NCBI GenBank assembly: GCA_001949185.1 | Contig: BDGG01000001.1 | Span: 3,737,324-3,801,323, forward strand | DNA length: 64,000 nucleotides | Reading direction: 5' to 3' | DNA from: Ramazzottius varieornatus | Taxonomy: Eukaryota; Animalia; Tardigrada | In this document: positions 25,594 to 36,368 of the stretch, in pieces | Numbering within the stretch: position 1 is the stretch's first letter | Layout of the letters: every line of letters begins with the position of its first letter | Notes under the pieces: generated by a model | The model's input: only the letters and a program-made list of their open reading frames with translations | The model's database searches: none | Told to the model about the DNA's origin: nothing | Made by a program: the position numbers and the translations under genes

Positions 25594-25996
25594 TCAGCTA
25601 GATAACTATCCGCCACGGTCACTAACTCTGGCTAAAGCTGTTACAACGGCTGAAAAGATGTTAGCCATCATGACTCAACTGGCTGAGCAAGACAAACCAG
25701 ATACAATCAACATGACCAGCGAGGAAAGCAGCAATAATAGTTTATTAGATAGCAAGCAACATGGTAAAGTTTTGTATATTTAGATCTTAAAATTTTGTTT
25801 TAGTTTAATTTTGTCGACAACTGCGGTGCTTTAGTATTTAATGTATTGTTACGTCATTCCTCGTCTTATTATTACATGATTGACGATCTGAGTGACTGAC
25901 CGCGCTAAGTTATCAATCTTGTTCATTCCTGCTGATTCTCTTTTGTACAAAGTTGGATTTCCGTTCCGTTCTTTACTCCTCTTAGCCACACTGGAT

Positions 25997-27258
25997 CAGT
26001 GTTATTCTACTAATGGAAATAGATAACTGAAAATAGCCGAAAACTGGGACTTTTGAATTTTACTATAATAATTAAAATTATGAAATCGAGACGACGAATT
26101 TTACCATATAGTAAAATTACAGTAACATTAGACCCACAAGTCAATAGTAAAATAGATAATTAAAATCCGTACTTGCAACAGTTAAAATAATTAAAATTTG
26201 GAAGAGCTGGGCTTCGAATTTTAATTATGGCAAGATGCCTAGCAAATCCACAGTGAATTGTACCACGAAAATCTCTTAGTAAATATTATCCCGGACGAGA
26301 GCTGGTTAATCGGTACAAGAGATGGATACGGAGCGCTGATCCTAAATTTCAGCTTCAGTTAAATTGACGTACTCGATTACGCAATCTCATACCGTGAATT
26401 TGGTGCATTGATTATTCGACTTGATTTAAATATAGTGATATCTGTTAGACTCGCAGTTTGCTCTTCTTTTCCTACCGTTCGTACTTCAATTGGTATTCTT
26501 GGTTCTCGGCCATATAGTTTCAGCATCAGCCATGACCAATCCCACGAAAAATGGTCAGAAGCGAAAAAGTCAGACAGGGCCAAGCTCCACCAAGACGAAG
26601 AAGCAGGCTATAAAGGAGAGGAGGACTCAGCCTGGGACGACGGTGGACTTGACCGGACCGGCGGAAAATTCTCCCCCTTCGCCTTCTCCAACTACCGCGA
26701 GCGACACGAGTGTTGGAGATCCAACTGTTGGAGCTCCAACTGTCAAGAAGAAGTCAAGAGCAGGAAGGCCGGAAGATTCACCGATATGGACCTTTTTCAG
26801 ACATGATGAGTTGGAGGATAAGTCGGTCTGTCTCGTGGAAGGATGCTCGACCGAGCTCAAAGGAATGAATACAGGAATAATTCCGTAATAATCAAAGGAA
26901 AGCCCTCGCAAACACAAGAGATAGCAGGAAGAAAAGCTGAAGAGTGGTGAGAGAACGGCGTGGACGACACGAGAAAATACAGACAGAAAATTTTGATGGA
27001 CATGTGGAATGACATGCTATCTGAACAAGATGACATAACAACGGATACATATCCCTGCTGATTACTCGGTTAATGCAAACTTACAGACGGACCATAATTA
27101 AAATAATTTTAATTAGAGATCCAGATGTAATTAAGATTAATAGATAATAGAGAATTCAGCCAATCCAAACCTGCAACAATTAAAATTACGGTTTGAGGAA
27201 AAATTTTACTAATTGTAATAGACATTAAAATTTCAAAACCATTAGTAGAATAACACTG
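25997..27258 (+). mobile_element. hAT internal-deletion derivative retaining the BED zinc-finger N-terminus
   Basis: Perfect 20-bp TIR cagtgttattctactaatgg and AT-rich aattaaaatt subterminal repeats. ORF MTNPTK..SPIWTFF..SVCLVEGCSTELK breaks off mid-BED finger. No clear TSD. Confidence 0.85.
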
Positions 27259-27606
27259 GACCTTAGTGTTATATCTGCTGAACAGCCTTCACTGCCCTAT
27301 ACGTGCAGTAAGCATGTGGTTTATGGTGACAATTGACCAGAGTGCATATGGTGCTTTGGATAGAAGCAAATAGCATCAAATCAGGTAGCATATAGATGTT
27401 AGACTAGAACGGAAAGAAAACAACGAGAGATAAAAAAAAGATGGTAAAAGTCCGCGAGAGCTCCGCTTCGCTGTACAGAATGACCAGCACCAGCCAGCCG
27501 TTGGGTGATATAAGTACAGGCTTTGTCCGTAAGTAGCGCTATGGAAGTAACGAAATGCTATAATAAACGTCGGCAAATAAAATTGCCATGCGTAAAAAAA
27601 GGGACA

Positions 27607-27782
27607 TCACAATAGAGCGGACACATCAACGAAAGTCACAGTGGCGCCGGCGCATGTGGTCTTTGGACAGTCTGTAGGAGCGTATGCCGTAATGGCTTTG
27701 GGGTGCGAAATATCCTTCTTGTTCTTGCCGGGAATACTCATTCCGGAAACGGAATATCCTTGGCCAGTTTTCTTGCACGTAT
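27607..27782 (-). CDS. Putative alternative cytoplasmic-tail exon of the Beat-like gene
   Basis: Acceptor ttattacacag|at is phase 1, compatible with a weak donor aaag|gtcgct after the TM helix. Encodes DTCKKTGQGYSV..FVDVSALL*. Confidence 0.4.
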
Positions 27783-28296
27783 CTGTGTAATAAAATAGTT
27801 GTCGGAACATTAACAGACACGAAGAGATCGTATTAGCAATCACAGCTGTCATAGCCGAGGATGTCTAAGCTATCCAAGCGCCCTCTGCAGAAGAGAAAAG
27901 TGACTACAGGTGGCACCAGTAGCGCATAAAAACTTGAACAACAGAACTGCACCGAAAGAAGGGTCGAATAAGACAGATGAAAGTTAGCGTGTACAGGAAG
28001 TGAGATGAGCAGAAATTAGTTCAGCAATAGTTCGAAAAGAGAAAGAAGGAAAACCCTGAGAAAACCAGAAACCGAGAACCCAGCCAGAAACCCATCTCCG
28101 AAAAGAAACTGTACGTGGTCGAGAAGGACTACGTCGTCCGATGAATCTCGCCATTAGAAGTGGTCACTGTAAAGACAAAGAGGAGTAGAAAGAAGAGAAG
28201 AAAATGGAGCCGTAGAAAGAAGTGCGCAGTGCGGTGAGGAGCAAGAAAGTGTGAGAAGTGGGGTGAGGGGAAGTAGAAGGTGCCATGCAAGAGTGC

Positions 28297-31200
28297 TCAA
28301 GTTGGTGTTTGGGCAGGTGAAGGATCAATTTTAGAGCGACCTTTGTTGGTGTGCCGGATGGCCATGTAGGCAACTGCTGCAATTAGAGCCACTCCCACGA
28401 TGCATCCAATAACTATCCCAGTTATTTGACCTCCCGTTAATGAGGCGGTGGCAATGGAACCTGCGAAGAGGAGACGGTGAGTATTAGAGGTAATTTTGTA
28501 GGTCATGCGGGATTCTTCGAAACATTATGAGGAAAAGTCAGGGAAATGGGACAACAGACAGATCGCGAGGTAATTACGACTAAAATTAATTATAATCTTC
28601 TGAGTGCTTTCTTCCCTGTTTGCCCAAGAGTAACATTAGGAACCGATAAGCGATGGAAACCGACTCGTCATTATCCCACCATGAGGTGTATGGGACGTGG
28701 GCGAATCGATTGAACAGGATTGTTATCTCAAGTGGCGCACGCTCTCGTAGTCAAAGACGGGAAATGAGCGGCGCCTGGAAAAACGATCCTGTTCAAGTCA
28801 TTTGCCGACGTCCCCTATACTTTTGATGTCTGTAAAATGGTATCCTTGTCTAATCATATTCTAATTCTTATTAATTATTGGTTATATTGATTGACCCAAA
28901 TAGCGAGCCGTGCCTAAATGACCGCACATTCGAGCTCGAGCGAGTTTATCGTCGAAGTGCGGAAAAATTGATTGTAGGGTTGTGTAGCGCGGATGACAGA
29001 CTGACGTGGCGAGTAAATAATTTGGTCGTCCATCCATTCGTCAGATCTCCCACAAGGAAAACACAAACAGTGTTAAACTATGCAATAACCACTTAGGAGA
29101 GAAATGACGCCCTCGCAGTGTTGTGTACTGTGTTGTAGTAGGTCCGCACGACACCAACAAATTAAACAAACTAGACCTGACAGACGGCCCCGTCGCGAGA
29201 TATGTCAAACCGTATGCTCTGTCTGTTCTTTCTGAAAACCCCCACGACGAGTTTCGGTCGTAAAGTGTGCTAAGACTAATGGTCGCGGTTCGAGAATTCT
29301 AAATGACCAGTTCGAACTGCCATACGCATTACCAGCAGACATGTTGGCTTGTCCCAGTGGAACACTTTAGTCGGAGCGAGATATGGATATTAATCAAATC
29401 TGCCACGTTCAATTACCCCACAATCGTCAATACCGACTTACTGGAATATTGCCCGCCTTTTCGTTGTCGAGTGAAAATTTCAAATGACTCAAACCTACAA
29501 CTGAAATTCCCGAAGAGCTGAACTAGTCGGTTCCTCAAGTGGCGCACGTTCTTGTTGATTTTGGCTGGAAGTGTGCGCCACTTGTGAAAGCAGTCCTGTT
29601 CAGGCCATTTGCCAACGTCCCAAATTCTTCCGCTCATTTCCCGTCTTTGACTACGAGAGCGTGCGCCACTTGAGATAACAATCTTTTGTGTGTGCGGTCT
29701 GGTCCTACCAGGCCGGCATTATGCTTTTGAAATCTGGTTTTTAATCGAGATATCTTAGGAGTTTTTATGGCACCGACGTATTGTTCGATTGGGACTTCCA
29801 CGACGTTAGCTCAGTGTTAGCCATGTAAACATGCCAATTCTAGAGAGTTTCTGGAAAATATGTGATCCGTCTCAGAAGCATGCGCCGACAGTTTGGTGCG
29901 ACTTTTATGAGGCTGTGAGATAATCATTATTAAACGGAAGCTTCTATGAAAAGAAATATGTGACAGCTGCGATGCGTCAAATTTGACCTTGTGTCCGCGG
30001 TAATGTGAAACGCTGGTGTCAAGCGGCCACACTAATTTCCTTTCAACCACAAAGGCGTCCACTGGTCGCACAGTGAAACAACACCGCTTATTATTTTCAC
30101 CGAGACAATGTTGCCGCTTTGTGTATGGTATTCAGACTTTTTTGTTCTTAGTTTCGCATCTGTCTGAGGCTTGACAAGTCATCATGTCGTTCTGAACAAT
30201 GACAATATTTATCTACCTAATATAGGACTGATTGTGTGAGAATTGGTTGACCTGTTTTTTCTTTCTGTTTTGATGTTTCATAGGCGGATAACAACACGTT
30301 TTTTATGGCCTTCGTGACGCGTAAGGCACGAGTAGTAACGCTGGTAGCACTTAATTCACCTAACCGAAAGAATTTTCAAAAACTTACAGGCTACTGCTCG
30401 ACCTTCCCTTCCTCACCATCTCCTTCCGCTTCTCGAATCGTAGTCCAGAACGTCTTGAATTGGGAGGGCGGCAAACAATCTCGGGATAGTCGTTATCTCA
30501 AGAGGCGCAGTTGCCCTATCATTGGCCGGGAGAGTACGCCGCTTGAGATGACCATCGTCCTGAGATGGGTCGCCGGCCTCGTAGTTAAAAAGATGCTCCT
30601 TTTTCTCTTTGTGTGAAGATAAGCTCAAGTTGATGAAAAATTTCTCAGCTATTTTAGCTGTCACTAAAGGGGAATTTGTTTATACGTCGGAAGTGTCATA
30701 CGAAAAATGCCCGCGCACGGGTATAGGTTTGGGTTTTGAGTTGTGTCCAGTGGTGAATATGAGCGCGTACGATGGATATGTAAGTGTCAGTTGGAGGCGG
30801 TTTGAATTTCTGGACATGGTAGTCCTTGTGTTGAGGTTGGAGTGTCAGCATCCATTACAAGTAGTGAATGGACTTTGGCGCTTAGCAGTCCATTTTAGAG
30901 CGGAATTTATCAACTCGCCGCGTTTCTGCCCCTGTGATGTGGAGGCATAATGGAATAAGGCACTTATCACCGGGAGCAGACGCCATACTTAAACTTTAAG
31001 CATGCGGGACTGCCGAACATGCATCTGTCCTGCCTGCCATACAGATCCATCTATTGAATGCAAATGACCAACAGTGTCGGACATTAATGAGTCAACAAAT
31101 GTTGCGTGGCTTGTTGACCTTGCAAACTAACCAGGTTGTTCCAGCTTGCGTCCACTGTATGTTCTTCCTTGTTCGAAGGACTCTTGGTTATGTATCACTC

Positions 31201-34200
31201 GCGCCATATGTTGCAAACATGGCTTTTGAATTCGAGCTGATCCAAATTACGTCATATCGTTTCTGGATATTCTTTTGAAGCCTCCAATAAGTCGATCTGA
31301 ATACAATAGCAGACCGGCGTAATGTTATTATGCTTAGAGTACGAGTGAACGAGTTTGAATGCGAGGGCGTTAGGATAACAATCGGGTGATGAAGAGGTGA
31401 TCTTTCTCGTAATTGTTTTAATGACATTTTCACGCTGTATTTCCGGTGGAAAATAATGAGGACAACAGACCTGCCTGGCAGATATGGGAGGTATCGGATA
31501 GCGTAAAGGGAATATTCTTGTTTTCGCTATCGGACGAACGTTTGGCGTTGTCACTCAAAATTCTACCATTGATCGAACAGATTGTTCAGTGTTGAGATTA
31601 TGCGTGACGTAATAAGTGGGCGATTTTTGTTGTTGATGTTATGGGATGGATTAAAAGGGACTCTGTTGAGAATCCCGTTGACCTCGACTGTGAACGTTTG
31701 TGGACCTCGTTCTTCGCAGTCATCAAAGGGGGCCGGCCCAGTGTGAAAAAATTCAGAAAATGCTACTTAGTACTTACACAGGCTTGTTTCTTTGTACGTA
31801 ATAGCCACAATCACGAGCATTAGCGAAGATTATCACAATTTCCTTTTGCCGTTTAAGCTCGTAGACACACATATGGAAGAAATCACAGGCCTTGATCGAT
31901 TATTCAAATTTAAAAAGGGAAGGGTTCTCCGGCTTAAGAAGCCGAAATGGCTCTTGGCATTGCGAGTGCCGAAGAATTACTTCAACTCGTTCGTTATTCT
32001 GGTTCCCTTCCATTTTTCTCTCCACGCTCCTAATGCGTTACGTTCGCAGGCTCACTTTTGGGACAAAGAAAACACTTATAGCAATCACGCCATACACTTC
32101 CGTCACTTACCGTCTTGGTTCATCGAAGCTCCACCGTTCCTGAGTGATTCTGCAAAGACGAAAAGAAGTATGGTCAAGGTGACGTGTTACATGAATGATT
32201 AAAAAAGATAGCTTTACACAAAGAGGTGATTCATGCAGGACCAGGTCATAGGTCACGACAAGGATGGTGCCATGAGACGCCACTATAGTGGGAAAGGCGA
32301 AAAAAGGGAGGAAAGAAATAACGATGTAGGGTGAAGCACGCACCGGAAGTAACACAGAGCCAGAAAAGGTGAAAATGTGTGAGGTCCCTAGCTTAACACA
32401 GTGTGAAGCTCTTTGGCAATTCCTTTCTAAAGTGGTATCGACCTTCCCAGTTCTTCGCCTGAAGAACCTTCAAAATGAAATCTGAGAAAAGCTCAGGTAT
32501 GCGCGATAAGCGTGTTTGGGTTGTTCTTTTGAAATTGATTTCTGGATTCGTTTTCTGGCTTGCGTTCAGAAGAACGTGAGGTACTCGACAAGATAGGCAT
32601 TTATGTTAGAGGAGGAAGACTTGCGAGGACCGAATGCGTGACATGTTACTCGCGAGTGCAAGCAAAGGGACGAGGTGACAGTGGGACAAATATTAATGGG
32701 CACTTGAAAAAAACGTCTGGACGAGTATGGCACGCAACGTTAACCTGTAAGGTCCACCGTCGACCGCAGACCAGCACCAGTAGAAGTAGAAAGATAGAGT
32801 GAAGTAGTGGTAGAAGAAGAAGTAGAGGAAGTGGTAGTAGTAAAGGCGCGAGTGGCTATATGATAATTTAGGTAAAACTAGAGAGTAGACCTCTGATCAC
32901 CGCAATGAGAAAAAAGGTCCGATAGACTTGACCACTTCTCTGGCTCACACCCTTACTTGTCTGAGGCACCACAACCTGTATGGCGATCGAGTTGGTGTTG
33001 GCGCATGTGCCATTAGCGACGGAGGAGCGGCAGTCGATAGTCAAGGGTCCTCGCAGCTGGCTCTCCGTTCCATCCAGTGTGAAGAGGGCGTCTAGAGTTC
33101 GGCGTGTATAGCCACGATCGGCGGCGGACTCTGACAGGTTCTGCCATTGGGGCTCGATACCCAGACCGGGAATGGTCAGCGAAAGACTGGCTTCGGGGTA
33201 GGAGACCGTCGTACAGCGAACCTGAATCTGGCTTCCTCGCATGAAGGAAGGTGTGGCGGAGGAAAGGGAGGTGATGGTTGCGGGAGTGAATGTGTTGTTG
33301 TCGACCACCCGATTACCATCTGACGTACTGTTGATTATGCTCAATTCGACCGTCTCCGGGCAGGCTGAAATAACACCATGATATACTTGACCACACATTA
33401 ATCATCTGATTAGACGACGGTTGTGCGTGCTGTTAGACTGACTTTCGTAAGCAGCTGGCGACGAATTTTACCGCTGCTATAGTTTGAAGTATCACTTCTC
33501 AATCCCTCACGAAAATGACTTCTCAGAATCTAAACTTTGACTTTCATACAGAATTTTCTAATTTTCATTTGCTAGTTCGCCATTTTTGAAGGTGGATGAC
33601 GTACCGACAACTTGTAGCCTTGTCTGAGAGATCACAGGGACATTCCGCGAGGCCGGTGTGAGATCGCAAATGTATGTGGCATCGTCGCGGAACGTGACAT
33701 TTGGTAGACGGATCTGAGGTTGATCCAGGATTGAGAAGGTGACGTTGCGGTCCTTCCACTCGTTCTGTGGCATAGTAATGCGGTGAGGTGGCAGGTCGAG
33801 ATAAGTGAAGAGAATGTAGTCAGTGGACCGTTGGTTCTTAAACCAGCGCAGAGAGTAAACGTCAGATACATTTCCGGTGGAATTTAGCTTGACTTTGTCG
33901 TAGCCGGAACAAGTAATGGTGGCTGCATTTCCCAATATGGCATATATGCTATCCGCACCTGTAACAATAGAGACTGAAGGAAGTGAGCTCCGAGCCGTTA
34001 GAAACGCTGCGATGTTCTGCGCTGCATTTTCAGGGTTCGCGTAAGGAGAGCTGTTAGAAAAGCGTGTGTTCTGGGCGAACCCTGCAACGGGAAACCTTTC
34101 TCAGGTTCTTCTTTTGCCGAACACTTTCACAGGGACTACTTCAGTCGGACCCACTTCTACTCTGTCGTTTAGTGATCGTTTAATGTTTTCGAATTTTAAG

Positions 34201-36368
34201 TGGGCGAGTTTTCCGATTGACTAAGTGTGACATTGAGGGTGATTTTTATTTAATTGAACTAAAATTGGTCTGCCGCTGAAAAAGGTACGCCTGAGCCAAC
34301 CGTGAACTTTGAGCGCATTTTTTGTCTGTGTAATAATGAGTCAAGTGAAGAAAAACAGCAGGTGCTTGACAAAGAGCTCTTTGTGGCACATGAGAAAATA
34401 CGTGAAAAGGAGGAAAAGAGCCTAGTGACAAACATTGCACGCAAGCTGCCTGTAGTTAACGCCCAACTCTTACTTTGCTTGAATGGAGAAAATGAGTGGT
34501 GGACATTGATGGCCACGAATGAATGGCTGGGCCGCGGCGATCCCTCACTGCACTACAAAGTGGCCACAATCCGGCGTTCTGGATGACTAGACTTTATAGC
34601 CAGCACTGGACGTAAACCCAAAAGAGGAAAGTGTTTCAATTACCAGCACCAAGTAGGCAACTTAATGATACTTGGACACGCGACAGTGCCCATCATTGTT
34701 CCCCCTAAACGGCCTGCTAGCCTCCCAGTTGATCTAATCTGTTAGCACGTAACAAGGAACACTATCCAGATATGTAACTAAAATATCTAAAAGGGGAGAC
34801 ATTGCCCTGATAGTTTGGGGATGGGAATTAGGCTCCTAACCAGGCTAAGAGGGACGGAAACTCGCCAGCACTCCATCATGGAACGAACAGAGCAGCTTTG
34901 AATAGTGACCAGCGTCGACCGACACTAATCTCCCCTCGTAGCCGATAATCCCTTCAGTAGCTACCACCACCGTATATTTCATAATCAATAATTAGGATTA
35001 TCGTTACTTATGACTCCATAAGTAAAGACACTCTCCGTTGAAGTCTCCCCGTGTTTTCCTTCAGCGTGCCAATCTTTCGATTATTCGGTGTGGTCGTGGT
35101 CGTGCGCATCGTTCGGATTTGTTCGATATCACTAGTAATAGTGGTAGTCTAGTATCCTCCTCCACGTTTTGAATGGTGTTAATCGAGAGAGATAACGTCT
35201 CTGTTCTGAGCGAATTAAAGCGCGCTCTTTGAAGCTTTTCTCAAGTGGCTCCAGCATGATCGCTTCCCACGCGTTTTACAAGCTAGCCAACTAGGAGCCA
35301 TTTCGCCGCTTTTTTTTGCTACTGTACCCGCCATAACCAAGATCATAATGACCAATATTGCGCGCGGACGTCCCTGCTTGACACCGATTGCGTTGTGATA
35401 CACTTCACGCAATAATTTACGTTGAGAGGGTATTTTGATATCAAATTACAGGCGAAAGTCACAGACGAGCTCGTTTGGGTATTCCCCCCTTATCAACTTT
35501 TTTAAAAATATGTATTACAAATATTGATCGAGTATTTGTTTTCTAACGATTAATATGTGGAAACATAAGTGTTTTCGCAAGTCGAAAAAGCGGGTTCCAG
35601 ATTTTGCCAGCAAGTTGGAACAATATTCACATTTTACACTGAGGAGGAATTTCTGTTCCCATTGTATGCGAATGGGCAGGGTTGTTGTGAGAATTCCACT
35701 GTAAGCTCGAAGGATTATTCGCTGTCCGCCGCTGCGGCGGAATCCAATTAGCTAACGATGGGTAGCCAGCCATAGGATTGAATTCGCCGGTATAATTTTT
35801 TCCGGATCGAATTCATCACAGAATCGAGACGCGGAGAGTTCCATCTCATTCCGGTTTAGCTCCGCGCACGTTGCTTACGGGGTCTCGGTTCATTTGCACA
35901 AAGGCGAACTTTGAATAGGTGAGGCTCATGCAAAAACATTGGCCAGGCGTTCTCTATGTCCTTATAACAAGCAGCGATTCTACACATGGAAAGGTACCAC
36001 CATAGTCTCTGATCTACCTGCTTAAACCCTAGCGCCTGACCCAATTTTTTCCATAACATGGCAGTGGAAAAAGATCGATAATAGTCAGAGCGAAGGATTC
36101 CGCTTTGCATAGGTAGGCTTGCTACAGTATCTGACTATTCTACCTCCACACGCAATCTGTCAGTCAACACCTATGTGTGCCCAGGTATTTTCGGCTTAAG
36201 AGTCTAGGACAATTAAATCCAGCTTTGGCAAAGGCAAAGGGGTCAGTCGCTACAGATCTGTCATGTCACGAATCACGCAATGTGCTTACCTTCAGCCAAC
36301 ATTGAAGTCGAGGAAAACAACATCCATATTAGCGACGTTAGGGATAATGAACGGTAAAGAGCGCCCAT
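28297..36368 (-). CDS. Beaten path (Beat)-like two-Ig cell-surface protein; exons 36368-36290, 34021-33605, 33364-32957, 28460-28297
   Basis: Signal peptide MGALYRSLSLTSLIWMLFSSTSMLAE. V-type Ig with VYSLRWFKN..ILFTY..IRLPNVTFRDDATYICDL (Beat-like LYSVKWYK pattern). Second Ig CTTVSYPEASLSL..IDC. TM helix ITGIVIGCIVGVALIAAVAYMAI. All junctions phase 1. The Ig call is firm; the Beat family call is moderate. Confidence 0.8.
28691..28814. repeat. Palindromic AAGTGGCGCAC-family element (intronic copy)
   Basis: gggacgtgggcgaat..gaacaggattgttatctcaagtggcgcac..aacgatcctgttc..atttgccgacgtccc. Confidence 0.8.
29536..29683. repeat. AAGTGGCGCAC-family hairpin plus a 54-bp inverted copy of 28718-28771
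   Basis: caagtggcgcac..gtgcgccacttg hairpin. 29630-29683 is the exact reverse complement of 28718-28771. Confidence 0.85.
30490..30556. repeat. Palindromic AAGTGGCGCAC-family element (degenerate)
   Basis: cgttatctcaagaggcgca..acgccgcttgagatgacc. Confidence 0.65.

Noticed and set aside
25989-27266. 8-bp TSD for the hAT deletion derivative
   Set aside because: Flanks cactggat and gaccttag do not match.
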